Below are positions 8,368 to 17,910 of a stretch of DNA of 43,784 nucleotides, one piece after another. Under the pieces are notes generated by a model. It did no database searches and was not told the DNA's origin. It worked only from the letters and a program-made list of their open reading frames with translations. Within the stretch, counting starts at the first letter, position 1. The number at the start of each line of letters is the position of its first letter. The translations under genes were made by a program, and so were the position numbers. The DNA lies in assembly GCA_964455505.1 (NCBI GenBank), contig CAYVWM010000001.1, positions 1-43,784 on the forward strand. The letters run 5' to 3'. The stretch is from an uncultured Anaerolineaceae bacterium. GTDB taxonomy: Bacteria > Chloroflexota > Anaerolineae > Anaerolineales > Anaerolineaceae.

Positions 8368-9012
8368 TCACTGCTCCATAATCTTAGCAACTACGCCAGC
8401 AAGAACAGGGTCAACCTCGATGCTGGCAGTGGTGAACTCTGGCCGAATGATCTTTTGATCGATTGCTTTGGCTGCTTCCATAATCCACACCCCGGCCATA
8501 TTTAACGGAATTTTGCTTGTATCAATGACCAGGTCAAACATATTTGCCGCATTAGCGTTCACTCCGTAAAAAGTCTCCAAGAAACTCTGTCTCACGGTAT
8601 CGCTTTGCCGCACTGTGTTTTCGGAAGTCAGGATATCTTTTATTCCTTCAGTATCCATAGCATTGCGAATTCGATATTCCAAGGGTGCTCTCAGCAAGAC
8701 ATTCAGCACGTTTTGAAACCCCTGCAATACCACAAAACCGCCCCTGCCAACGATCAAAGTGTTATCGAATTTTGCAAAGGCTCTAATGCTCTGATTTAGC
8801 AGGTTAATTAATTCTTTCTTTTGGGTATCAAACTTGGACCAAATATTGTGGACCGAGCCGTAGAGTGCATTGAAGGACGTTAAGCCATATTGCGCCATAA
8901 CATTTTCAATGGTGACCTTGTCCACTGTTTTATAGTTGAGGGAATTGGTGATCATCTGACAAACTAATCCGCCACCACTCCCCATCTCTCTGGAGATCGT
9001 TATGATTGCCAT
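8368..9012 (-). CDS. Cytidylate kinase-like family protein (P-loop-like ITISRExGSGG type)
   Basis: The N terminus MAIITISREMGSGGG is the signature of the cytidylate-kinase-like (Cytidylate_kin2) family. RBS AGGAGAA lies upstream. Confidence 0.65.
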   Translation of the reverse strand: MAIITISREMGSGGGLVCQMITNSLNYKTVDKVTIENVMAQYGLTSFNALYGSVHNIWSKFDTQKKELINLLNQSIRAFAKFDNTLIVGRGGFVVLQGFQNVLNVLLRAPLEYRIRNAMDTEGIKDILTSENTVRQSDTVRQSFLETFYGVNANAANMFDLVIDTSKIPLNMAGVWIMEAAKAIDQKIIRPEFTTASIEVDPVLAGVVAKIMEQ

Positions 9013-9137
9013 GTTTTCTCCTTTCTATTGGGGTTAACTTAAGTATAAGGGATAAGTGACAAAAATGATAAGTTGGATAGGAAAGTTCAGCTTAGAAAAG
9101 CGCTGGCAACGGTAATATTAAGTTGTGACTGTAGTTG

Positions 9138-10064
9138 TTAGCTGCTTTTCTTTAGAACAAGAGCTACCCAGTCCTCTTGTTGGTACCTTCTGACCAGTAT
9201 AAGGTCATGATTTTTGCAGGCATTCAAAACGTCTTCAGCCTGATGAGCCAAAATCCCAGCCATCACCAAAAAACCGCCGGCTGATACTGTTTCAGCCAGA
9301 CCCTGATCAAGTAGTTGAATCAATACTGGCGCAAGGATGTTTGCCAGGACCAGGGGAGCCTCCCGAAGTGGATATTTGCTCTGAAGGATTTCTGCCAACG
9401 ACCCTTGAAAAACTTCGATTTTTTCGCTCACATCATTAAGAATTGCATTGTTTTTGGCTGCCAACACGGCTTGTTCATCCGTATCCAAAGCGAGTGCATA
9501 GGACGCCCCGGATTTGAGAGCGCCAATTGCCAGGATTCCAGAACCACAACCAAGATCGATAACCTGCTGGCCTTTGGAAAGCAGGGGCTGCATTGCAAGT
9601 AAACACAGTTGGGTAGACGGGTGTGTTCCAGTACCAAAGGCCATGGCAGGGTCTATGCGGATGATGGTGCGCTGTTCTTTTTCTTCGGGATTAAGCCAGG
9701 CAGGCAAAATGAGCCAGCGGTTTCCAATCGGCAATGGTTGATAGTGTTGTTTCCAGAGAGCCATCCAATCCTGATCGGCTATTTCCGTGAATGTTGGATT
9801 GGGCAGCGGGGCAATCTGACTCATGTGCCAGAGCGCTTCTTCCAGCGCCAGGCGATTTTTTTCGAGGTCTTGGTTGTGGGGCAAGTATCCTGCTACTCTC
9901 ATCATGCCCGTCGTTTTTTCCTCATGTTCCAGACTGTCGTAGCGGGTTAAATTATTAAGGACGACGCCATTTGGGCAGTAGCGTGCAAATACCTCTGCAA
10001 CTGCTTCAGCTATTTCCCCACTGCATTCCAGTGAGATTTCCAACCAGGCTTTTTGTTCAGCCAC
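9138..10064 (-). CDS. prmA: Ribosomal protein L11 methyltransferase
   Basis: PrmA-type N-terminal domain followed by the SAM-binding motif [13 protein letters not shown] and FGTGTHPST. It overlaps the dnaJ stop by 8 nt, the same position as in Firmicute dnaK operons. Confidence 0.85.
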   Translation of the reverse strand: MAEQKAWLEISLECSGEIAEAVAEVFARYCPNGVVLNNLTRYDSLEHEEKTTGMMRVAGYLPHNQDLEKNRLALEEALWHMSQIAPLPNPTFTEIADQDWMALWKQHYQPLPIGNRWLILPAWLNPEEKEQRTIIRIDPAMAFGTGTHPSTQLCLLAMQPLLSKGQQVIDLGCGSGILAIGALKSGASYALALDTDEQAVLAAKNNAILNDVSEKIEVFQGSLAEILQSKYPLREAPLVLANILAPVLIQLLDQGLAETVSAGGFLVMAGILAHQAEDVLNACKNHDLILVRRYQQEDWVALVLKKSS

Positions 10065-11190
10065 TTAACATGTCCTTTAATTTATCAAAGAAGCTGCGTT
10101 CCTGAATTTTGATATCCGTACCCATGGTCTTCCCAAGCGTTTCAAGCAGTTTCTTTTGTTCTTCTGAAAGAGAAGTGGGGATCTGGACGTTGACGGTCAC
10201 CAGAAGGCTTCCTCGTCCACTTTTGTTGAGAATTGGCACACCTTTGTCACGTAGGCGAAACACTTTTCCCGGTTGCGTGCCAGGTGGTATCCGCAGTTTT
10301 TCTTCGCCTTCCAACGTGGGGATGAGAATTTCATCCCCTAAAGCGGCTTGCGCCATGTTGATATCCAGATCCAGCAATATATCAATACCGTTGCGCCTGA
10401 AAAATTTATGCGGTTCTACATCCAACTCCAAGTAAAAATTGCCATTTGGTCCGCCATTGATGCCGGGTTGGCCTTCATTGACCATGCGAATCTGGTTGCC
10501 CCGATCAACGCCGGCAGGAATAGACACCTTTTTCTTGCTTGTTTTACGTTCCAAACCTGTACCATGGCAAGCATGGCAGGGGGTTTCTATGGTCTCGCCC
10601 TTTCCATGGCAAACCGGACAGGTGGTTACCTGAACCATCGATCCGAGAAATGTCTGATGAACCTGGCGGACTTCTCCCAAACCTTTACACGTAGGGCATG
10701 TGACCGGACTTGTGCCGGGTTCTGCTCCTGTGCCATGGCATACACTGCATTTTTCATCGCGTGTGATCTCTATTTCTTTTTCAACCCCAAACACCGCTTC
10801 TTCAAAGGTGAGTTTTAGGCGTGATGCAAGGTCCGCACCTTTTCGAGGGGCATTTCGGCTGCGGGAATTGTAGGAATTGCTGAAACCGCCAAAACCGCCA
10901 AAGCCAAACAAACCTTCCAAAATGTCCGAGAGATCCATACTTGAAAAGTCGGGCATGCCCTGGTAATTGACGCCCTCAGGCCCAAAGCGGTCGTAAGCTG
11001 CCCGCTTGTCTGCGTCGCTCAAAACCCCATACGCTTCGTTGATTTCCTTGAACCGCTCTTCAGCATCTGGAGCTTTATTTACGTCCGGATGGTATTGGCG
11101 TGCAAGGCTGCGAAATGCATTCTTGAGTTCGTCCTGGCTGGCATTTTTGGGGACACCGAGCACTTCGTAATAATCGCGTTTACTTGCCAT
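10057..11190 (-). CDS. dnaJ: Molecular chaperone DnaJ
   Basis: J domain ([13 protein letters not shown]...HPD), a G/F-rich linker, and four CxxCxGxG zinc motifs ([32 protein letters not shown]). The canonical N terminus [13 protein letters not shown] favours the ATG at 11190. The ORF track extends to the ATG at 11217. Confidence 0.93.
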   Translation of the reverse strand: MASKRDYYEVLGVPKNASQDELKNAFRSLARQYHPDVNKAPDAEERFKEINEAYGVLSDADKRAAYDRFGPEGVNYQGMPDFSSMDLSDILEGLFGFGGFGGFSNSYNSRSRNAPRKGADLASRLKLTFEEAVFGVEKEIEITRDEKCSVCHGTGAEPGTSPVTCPTCKGLGEVRQVHQTFLGSMVQVTTCPVCHGKGETIETPCHACHGTGLERKTSKKKVSIPAGVDRGNQIRMVNEGQPGINGGPNGNFYLELDVEPHKFFRRNGIDILLDLDINMAQAALGDEILIPTLEGEEKLRIPPGTQPGKVFRLRDKGVPILNKSGRGSLLVTVNVQIPTSLSEEQKKLLETLGKTMGTDIKIQERSFFDKLKDMLSG

Positions 11191-11217
11191 AGCTGTATTT
11201 GTAAGGTCTTTCTTCAT

Positions 11218-11246
11218 TCACCCGGGTAGCGTATCTACCCGGGTGA
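11218..11246 (-). promoter_or_regulatory. Perfect 12-bp-stem hairpin in the dnaK-dnaJ intergenic region
   Basis: TCACCCGGGTAG (11218-11229), loop CGTAT, then CTACCCGGGTGA (11235-11246). No U-run follows on the minus strand, so it is not a classical terminator. Confidence 0.5.
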
Positions 11247-11262
11247 TTAATCATTTAAATTT

Positions 11263-13152
11263 CTAGGCTTCTGTGAAGTCCCCATCCACAACGTCGCCCT
11301 GATCTTGTGGAGGTGTTTGATCTGGTTGATCTGCTGGGTTTTCGGGCTGTTCCTGGCTGTAGGCAGCCTGTCCAACCTGTTGAAGAGTCTGCATTAGGGC
11401 TTCAACTTCCCGGTTGATCGCTGCAGGATCGTCCTGGTCGCGGACCGATTTTACCTCGGCAACTGCTGCTTCTACTTTGCTGCGAATATCGGCCGGCACT
11501 TTTTCACCAAGGTCTCGGAGGGTCTTTTCTGAAGTATAGACAGCATTGTCGGCGGTGTTGCGGGCTTCGATCAATTCTCGGTGGCGGCGGTCTTCTTCAG
11601 CATGGGCTTCTGCATCCCTGCGCATTTTTTCAACTTCAGCCTCGCTCAAACCAGAGGATGCGGTGATAGTGATGTTCTGACTGCGTCCTGTGGCTTTATC
11701 CTTTGCAGTCACTTCAAGAATTCCATTGTGATTGATGTCGAAGGTAACTTCTATTTGAGGAACGCCTCGGGGAGCGGGCGGGATACCGTCCAGATTGAAT
11801 TTTCCAAGGGATTTATTATCAGCAGCCATCGGACGTTCCCCCTGCAATACGTGAATCTCAACCTGGGTTTGGCTGTCGGATGCGGTTGAAAAAACCTGGC
11901 TTTCCCTCGTGGGAATGGTGGTGTTTCGTTTAATCAGCGGGGTTGCTATACCGCCCAAAGTTTCAATAGAGAGGGACAAAGGAGTAACATCCAACAGTAG
12001 CATGTCCTTAACTTCACCTCCCAGAATACCTGCCTGGATTGCTGCACCAACGGCGACAACTTCATCCGGATTGACGCCCTTATGCGGCTCGCGGTTAAAG
12101 TACTTGCGGACTGCCTCTGTGACTGCTGGCATGCGGGTCATTCCGCCGACCATAACAACTTCGTTGATGTCTCCATTCCTAAAATTGGCATCAGACAAAG
12201 CCTGCTTGACAGGCCCCATTGACCGCTGCACCAGGTCTTCAGTTAGTTGTTCCATTTTTGCCCTGGTAAGGGTGGTTACCAAGTGTTTTGGCCCTGATGC
12301 ATCTGCTGTAATGTAAGGAAGATTAATTTCTGACTGCATAACGGTTGACAGTTCAATCTTCGCTTTTTCGGCGGCTTCTTTTAACCGCTGCAGCGCCTGG
12401 CGATCCTGACGCAAATCAATGCCATTTTCTTTCTTAAATTCATCGGCAAGGAAATCCATAATGCGTTGGTCAAAATCGTCGCCGCCCAAGAATGTATCGC
12501 CACTGGTGGACTTTACCTGGAAGAGACCATCTCCTACTTCGAGAACTGAGATATCAAAAGTGCCGCCGCCAAGATCGTAAACAGCAATGGTTTCGTTCTT
12601 GCGTTTGTCCAGTCCGTATGCGAGAGATGAAGCCGTGGGCTCATTGATGATTCGCAAGACTTCCAGACCGGCAATCTTTCCGGCGTCTTTAGTAGCATTG
12701 CGCTGGGCATCGTTGAAGTAAGCCGGCACTGTGATCACCGCCTGGGTAACAGGTTCGCCTAAATAGGCTTCAGCATCGTGTTTTATTTTTGCCAGGATCA
12801 TGGCGGAGATTTCGGGGGGTGTGTATTCCTTATCACCCAAAACAACACGCAGGTCGCCATTGGCTGTCCTGGTGATTTTGTACGGAACACGCGACTTGGC
12901 ACGCTGCACTTCAGGATCGTCATAACGGCGTCCCATAAAGCGTTTGATAGAAAAAATGGTGTTCTCCGGGTTAATAATAGCTTGATTGCGTGCTACCCGA
13001 CCTACAAGCCTTTCGCCATTTTTATTGATGGCTACAACTGAGGGTACAAGGCGTTCGCCTTCCGCAGAAGGAATGACAACGGGCTCGCCGCCCATCATCA
13101 CTGCGGCAACAGAGTTGGTTGTTCCTAAATCGATTCCAATAATTTTTGACAT
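11263..13152 (-). CDS. dnaK: Molecular chaperone DnaK (Hsp70)
   Basis: 629 aa. Hsp70 signatures [22 protein letters not shown] and [11 protein letters not shown] are present. Confidence 0.97.
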   Translation of the reverse strand: MSKIIGIDLGTTNSVAAVMMGGEPVVIPSAEGERLVPSVVAINKNGERLVGRVARNQAIINPENTIFSIKRFMGRRYDDPEVQRAKSRVPYKITRTANGDLRVVLGDKEYTPPEISAMILAKIKHDAEAYLGEPVTQAVITVPAYFNDAQRNATKDAGKIAGLEVLRIINEPTASSLAYGLDKRKNETIAVYDLGGGTFDISVLEVGDGLFQVKSTSGDTFLGGDDFDQRIMDFLADEFKKENGIDLRQDRQALQRLKEAAEKAKIELSTVMQSEINLPYITADASGPKHLVTTLTRAKMEQLTEDLVQRSMGPVKQALSDANFRNGDINEVVMVGGMTRMPAVTEAVRKYFNREPHKGVNPDEVVAVGAAIQAGILGGEVKDMLLLDVTPLSLSIETLGGIATPLIKRNTTIPTRESQVFSTASDSQTQVEIHVLQGERPMAADNKSLGKFNLDGIPPAPRGVPQIEVTFDINHNGILEVTAKDKATGRSQNITITASSGLSEAEVEKMRRDAEAHAEEDRRHRELIEARNTADNAVYTSEKTLRDLGEKVPADIRSKVEAAVAEVKSVRDQDDPAAINREVEALMQTLQQVGQAAYSQEQPENPADQPDQTPPQDQGDVVDGDFTEA

Positions 13153-13159
13153 GGTTCTC

Positions 13160-13711
13160 CTATTTCGCTACCCGTACCAATGCGGGTCTGATAATTTTTT
13201 CATTGAGTTTGTAACCGGTTTGGAGGGTTTCTATCACCTGCCCATCCGAGTAATCCGGGTTTTCTTCGTGAGTTACGGCTTCCTGAAAAGTTGGGTCAAA
13301 CGGTTCTCCTGGAGCTACCACTATCGCATTAACACCCTTGTTTTCCATCGCCTTTAGTAATTTTTGCAGGATGAGGTTAATCCCATCCACCCAAGGCCTT
13401 ATTGAGTCTGTTTTGGGTTGATTTTTTAATGCCCGCTCCAAATCATCCACGACAGGCAAGAACACTTTGATCTGGTCTGCCAGCGCATTATTGTAGATCT
13501 GGGCGTTATCCTGGTCGATGCGTTTGCGGTAGTTTGCAAAACTTGCTCGTTCTCTCTGCAAACTGTCCAGATAGTCTTCAGATTGGGATTTTAATTCCTG
13601 TATTGTTTTCTGTAATGCTTCCAAATCTGTTTCGTTTGTCTCTTTTTCGCCTTTTTCTAAGGTTTCCTCTGAAATAATTTCATTTTCAGGTTCTTTTTTT
13701 GCTTTATTCAT
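13160..13711 (-). CDS. grpE: Nucleotide exchange factor GrpE
   Basis: 183 aa with an acidic coiled-coil N terminus and a GrpE C-terminal domain (...[13 protein letters not shown]...[16 protein letters not shown]). It sits between hrcA and dnaK. Confidence 0.9.
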   Translation of the reverse strand: MNKAKKEPENEIISEETLEKGEKETNETDLEALQKTIQELKSQSEDYLDSLQRERASFANYRKRIDQDNAQIYNNALADQIKVFLPVVDDLERALKNQPKTDSIRPWVDGINLILQKLLKAMENKGVNAIVVAPGEPFDPTFQEAVTHEENPDYSDGQVIETLQTGYKLNEKIIRPALVRVAK

Positions 13712-13740
13712 AACAATCCTTTTACTATAAGTATTCCAGG

Positions 13741-14787
13741 TTATTCAACCAGTGTTTCTGCAACAAAGTCGGAAAGCAGTCCGGCAACGAAGCGCACAGT
13801 CGAAATTGTGTGTCCGTAGGGCATTCGCATCGGTCCTAACACGCCCAAAGTACCTGTGAGCTGGTTAGGGATTCCGTAACGTGTCAGGACAACAGAACAC
13901 TGGCGCAATTCTTCGAAAGTGCCTTCTCCACCGATAAGTACCTGAACTCCACCCACCTGGTTGCCAATGACCGTGCGTGAGAGCAGGTCATCGAGCATAG
14001 TGCGTTCTTCAAGCAATCGCAAGGCGGAGCGGGCTTGTTCTGATTCAGAAAATTCTGGTTCGGCAAGTACATTGGTCAAACCATCCAGATAAACTTCACC
14101 AATCACCAGTTTTTCCGATATTTGCATCTCGTCTTTAATGACGCGTATGACTTTCTTACCCAGATCGTCAAACTGGTTGCTGATGCTGTCCAACCGGTCT
14201 GCAGAACAATTTTTACAGTGGTCATTGATGGTTCCTGCCAACCGGGAAAGTTGTTCCTGCGACACAGACTCATCAAATGAAAGTATTTGCTGGCGGATTT
14301 CGCCGCCTACCAGAACGAGTACCATCAAAACTTGGGAAGCCCGTGTGGCAATCAGCTCCAGGTGTTTTATGGCTACCTTTTCAGTGTGAGGTGCAGTCAC
14401 AATCGATGCCGCTTGGGATTGATTTGCGAGAATCGAAGCCGCTAACCGCAGCCACTGGTCCAAACCCTGGCGCACCTGATAAAACTGGTGGCTGATGGTG
14501 TTACGGGTGGTTGCCGGGAGGTTGGGCTGCTGCATCAGGTAACTGACAAAAAACCGGTATCCTTCTTCGGTTGGTACGCGCCCTGCAGAGGTGTAAGGCT
14601 GACGCAGGTAGCCTTTGTCTGTCATGGCAGTCATTTCATTGCGTACGGTCGCTGAACTCATTTGCAGACCAAATTGATCCACAAGCGTTTTTGACCCGAC
14701 TGGTTGGGCAGTACGGGTGTGCTCATGGACGATGAGAGTCAGGAGTAATTTTTGTCTTTCACTTAAGTCTTGCATTGTTGTTTCCAT
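13741..14787 (-). CDS. hrcA: Heat-inducible transcription repressor HrcA
   Basis: 348 aa with an N-terminal winged-helix (LSERQKLLLTLIVHEHTRTAQPVGSKTLV...SSATVRNEM) typical of HrcA. A CIRCE element lies directly upstream. The start may instead be the internal ATG at 14775. Confidence 0.9.
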   Translation of the reverse strand: METTMQDLSERQKLLLTLIVHEHTRTAQPVGSKTLVDQFGLQMSSATVRNEMTAMTDKGYLRQPYTSAGRVPTEEGYRFFVSYLMQQPNLPATTRNTISHQFYQVRQGLDQWLRLAASILANQSQAASIVTAPHTEKVAIKHLELIATRASQVLMVLVLVGGEIRQQILSFDESVSQEQLSRLAGTINDHCKNCSADRLDSISNQFDDLGKKVIRVIKDEMQISEKLVIGEVYLDGLTNVLAEPEFSESEQARSALRLLEERTMLDDLLSRTVIGNQVGGVQVLIGGEGTFEELRQCSVVLTRYGIPNQLTGTLGVLGPMRMPYGHTISTVRFVAGLLSDFVAETLVE

Positions 14788-14791
14788 CCTA

Positions 14792-14818
14792 TTAGCACTC
14801 TCGATACGAGAGTGCTAA
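14792..14818 (-). promoter_or_regulatory. CIRCE operator (HrcA binding site)
   Basis: TTAGCACTC-N9-GAGTGCTAA is an exact match to the CIRCE consensus (14792-14800 / 14810-14818). It lies 4 nt upstream of the hrcA ATG. Confidence 0.95.
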
Positions 14819-14831
14819 AAATGACTGCTTA

Positions 14832-14860
14832 ATAATACCATGCCCAAAAATCTCCGTCAA
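14832..14860 (-). promoter_or_regulatory. Sigma-70-type promoter of the hrcA-grpE-dnaK-dnaJ operon
   Basis: The minus strand reads TTGACG (14860-14855), a 17-nt spacer, then TATTAT (14837-14832). This places the transcription start just upstream of CIRCE. Confidence 0.6.
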
Positions 14861-15198
14861 GAATACAGCTGCAGCATGGTATAAGACTTTTATTAGATTA
14901 AATATTGCTTAAGGTATTTGCTCAATCTCTGCCCAAATTAATTGTTAACACTTTTCCCTTTATCTTTCATAACTGGAGTACATGCAATGTTATTTTTCGA
15001 TATTTTATGATGTCGTTTCTGTGATTAAGGGGTCGTTTCTAAGCTTACCAAAAGGGGTAAGTCCTAAAGAATGCGACTCATTTATTGGCGTATTTGTGCG
15101 TGTAAAACTATTGGCATCGATAAGTCGGCAGAGGTCTCCTCCCATGCGGGTAATGTATAATGAATGCAGTTTTTAACTCATTCTTTAAGGTCTTTGAT

Positions 15199-17661
15199 AT
15201 GAAACACAACCTTACGCACTACACATTTGCAGATAACTCCCTCACTGGTTTATATGCAGCGCCGCTCCCCAAACATGCAGCCCGCGGGCGCGAAGAGGAT
15301 TCACTCTTCATGCTGCTCTTGCTTTCTGACAGGGAATCAGTGCCAGAAACGCTTTTACAAGAGTGGTACAAACAACTTGCCGAGATTTTTTACCGTGCTT
15401 CGGGGTCGGTCACCTCTGCAATGCGTGCGGTTGTGGAAGGCATCAATGTCTCGTTGATTGAAAAGAACAATTCCGAAAATGCAGCAGACACCCCCCTTTC
15501 AGGGAGCATTTTCCTCGGGGTCGTGCACCACAACACGCTGTTTGCTGCACAGGCAGGTTCCTGTCAGATGCTGGTTTCAAATGCTGGTGGCTACTCTCTC
15601 TTTTATGATGAAGAGGTTGCCCAACAGAGTTTGGGAACCAGCCAGGTGCCTGCACTGCGTTTTTACCAGGCAGACCTGACTGACAAAAATTGGATTTTCC
15701 TCTCCGCTCAGTTCCCTGCGTCCTGGATGGAAGGTGACCTGCCCATAATTTCTGATGACCCGGAAAAATTCCAGAAGCTGCTTGAGACGCTTGATCCACA
15801 AAGTTCAGAAATTGGATTTGTGTTGATTGAGCCTGGGGAAGGTGCTGTACAGCAGGCACAGTTTCCTGCGAAAGGGGAGAAAACGGAGGCAGAGGCAGAT
15901 GCAGAGCCGTTTTCTGAATTGGATAGCTTGCCTGAAGCGAGTCAGGAAGTTGAATTATCCGTTCAGGATGAGAATCAGGGAGAAGTGTTGGAATTAACGG
16001 ATCAGATAGACGCCGAAGATAAGGAACATGTACCGCAAGCAGAAGTTGCTTTAGAAACAGAGCTTGGGTTCACTGCTGAAGACATTATTCCCAATGAAGA
16101 AGAAACTGAACAGCAAGAGCTAACTGTGGAAATGCCCGCAGACTTGTCCGATGATCAAACAGAGCTAATTGAGACCGAATCGACAGCTGAGGTGGTAGTT
16201 GCTGATACTGTTCAGACTCCGGAAATTACGGATTTGGTCGAACAGAGGGCAAAGGAAGCCGAAGCCAGAAGAGCAGAAAGACTGGCTCGGGAGGCGGAGC
16301 GGGAGCGCCAGCGCGCTGAAAGAATAGCGGAGCGGGAGCGCAAAAAAGTTGAAACCTACCGTGAAGTGGCTGATGGCGCTGCCCGGGTAAATGGGTTTGG
16401 GGCAAAGTTGACCAGGATATTTTCACGTAAGGCAGTTGAACAGACGGATATATCCACCGAAAGTGTGCCGCTTTCCAGCGGAACAAAACTGCTTTTGTCC
16501 ATTGTGATTCCCCTCGTTGTGGCGATAATTGGATCATCTATCTATATAAATAAAGGACGTGAAGATCAGTATCAATACCTGATGGCGCAAGCCAGAGCTG
16601 CGGTAAGCAACGCTGCCCAAATGAAGAACCCTGCCGATCAGCGGGAAGGTTGGGATCAGGCTTTTGATTGGCTCGATAAAGCTGCCGCTTATCGTCAAAC
16701 CGATGAAATCCGGGCATTACGCGTGCAGGCACAAAATGCTGTTGACCAATTGGATGGCGCGATACGCCTGGAATATTCACCGGTCTTGCAGGAAACCCAG
16801 TTACCGACTCTCCAAATTAAGAGAATCGTTACGGTTGGAACGGACGCATTTATTCTGGACAGCACCACAGGTGTGGTCTTACGCATTAACCTCACCAATA
16901 ACGCGTATGCCCTGGATGTGGATTTTACCTGCCAGCCTGGTAACTACGATGGCATCGCAGTCGGTAAACTGATAGAGATGACCGCAATTCCCATCACTAA
17001 CCCTGCTGGCGCACCAATTCTCGGGATAGATGCACAGGGCAACATGCTTTACTGTGCGGTAGGAAAAGAGCCCAAAGCAGCCGCACTTAAGACGCCTCCA
17101 GGCGGATTTGGGGAAATTCGCAGTATTATGGTGGACTCACAGCGCCTTCTCATACTTGACCCAAAACAAAATTCCCTTTGGTTGTACCGGGGTTTTTCAA
17201 CATTTTTTGATGCCGAAGCCGATTCCTATTTTGAGGAACCTTATGACCTTGGGGATGTAACAGATTTTGCAGTAGGCTCAGATGAACTTTTCTTACTCTA
17301 TGCTGATGGACACACTGCCCATTGTTTGGCTTCAGTGGTAACAGGCACGGTGGAGTGCGATAATCCCTACCCTTACCAGGATACCCGTCCGGGCGCAGAA
17401 GTTATCGATTTGGATTTTGGAAGCCTGAAGTTTGGTAAGTTATCTTATTCACCGCCACCAGATCCCTCGTTGTATTTCTTGGACCCTGAAACTGCTGAGC
17501 TTTACCAATTCAGCCTGCGGTTAAACCTGAATAGGGTGCTGCGCAGCGCTTCTGCCTCCGGGGTGCTCCCCAACCGGGATGTGACCGCCTTCAATGTTTC
17601 CTCCAACCGGCGCGTTTTCCTGGCATTTGGTAATTCGCTGTTTGAGGCTAAACTTCCGTAG
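15199..17661 (+). CDS. Large hypothetical single-pass membrane protein
   Basis: The ORF is open from the ATG at 15160. The ATG at 15199 (MKHNL...) has AAGG 8 nt upstream, and TATAAT overlaps the 15160 ATG, so 15199 is preferred. Regions are an N-terminal globular part of about 230 aa, an acidic E/D/T/Q-rich linker (about 15860-16230), the Arg/Glu repeat RAKEAEARRAERLAREAERERQRAERIAERERKK, the TM helix LLLSIVIPLVVAIIGSSIYI, and a C-terminal domain of about 370 aa. No family was recognised. Confidence 0.7.
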   Translation: MKHNLTHYTFADNSLTGLYAAPLPKHAARGREEDSLFMLLLLSDRESVPETLLQEWYKQLAEIFYRASGSVTSAMRAVVEGINVSLIEKNNSENAADTPLSGSIFLGVVHHNTLFAAQAGSCQMLVSNAGGYSLFYDEEVAQQSLGTSQVPALRFYQADLTDKNWIFLSAQFPASWMEGDLPIISDDPEKFQKLLETLDPQSSEIGFVLIEPGEGAVQQAQFPAKGEKTEAEADAEPFSELDSLPEASQEVELSVQDENQGEVLELTDQIDAEDKEHVPQAEVALETELGFTAEDIIPNEEETEQQELTVEMPADLSDDQTELIETESTAEVVVADTVQTPEITDLVEQRAKEAEARRAERLAREAERERQRAERIAERERKKVETYREVADGAARVNGFGAKLTRIFSRKAVEQTDISTESVPLSSGTKLLLSIVIPLVVAIIGSSIYINKGREDQYQYLMAQARAAVSNAAQMKNPADQREGWDQAFDWLDKAAAYRQTDEIRALRVQAQNAVDQLDGAIRLEYSPVLQETQLPTLQIKRIVTVGTDAFILDSTTGVVLRINLTNNAYALDVDFTCQPGNYDGIAVGKLIEMTAIPITNPAGAPILGIDAQGNMLYCAVGKEPKAAALKTPPGGFGEIRSIMVDSQRLLILDPKQNSLWLYRGFSTFFDAEADSYFEEPYDLGDVTDFAVGSDELFLLYADGHTAHCLASVVTGTVECDNPYPYQDTRPGAEVIDLDFGSLKFGKLSYSPPPDPSLYFLDPETAELYQFSLRLNLNRVLRSASASGVLPNRDVTAFNVSSNRRVFLAFGNSLFEAKLP
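16294..16341 (+). repeat. 15-nt in-frame direct repeat inside the Arg/Glu-rich segment
   Basis: GCGGAGCGGGAGCGC occurs at 16294-16308 and again at 16327-16341, 33 nt (11 codons) apart. It encodes AERER twice. Confidence 0.9.
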
Positions 17662-17910
17662 CATTAGGGGGTTCTTTGCTTTCCCGGCAAAAAAGGGTTT
17701 TCTAACCAACTTTTCATCCTTCAACTGCTTTGCCTGTTGAAGAGGGCAATCCCAGATTAAGTACATACCCCATCGATGTATTTACTGGGATATTTCAAAA
17801 AAACCATCACCAAGCGCGAAGGTCAATGTTACAATTGTCGGGTGTTAGTTGCTGGTACATAACTCACCCTGATACCTGCAACAAAAGACTGGAAACACTT
17901 AAGGAGAACA

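Noticed and set aside
15153-15162. The TATAAT at 15156-15161 as a confident promoter for the large unknown gene.
   Set aside because: No acceptable -35 hexamer lies 16-18 nt upstream, and the TG is not correctly spaced for an extended -10. I used it only as weak support for the 15199 start.
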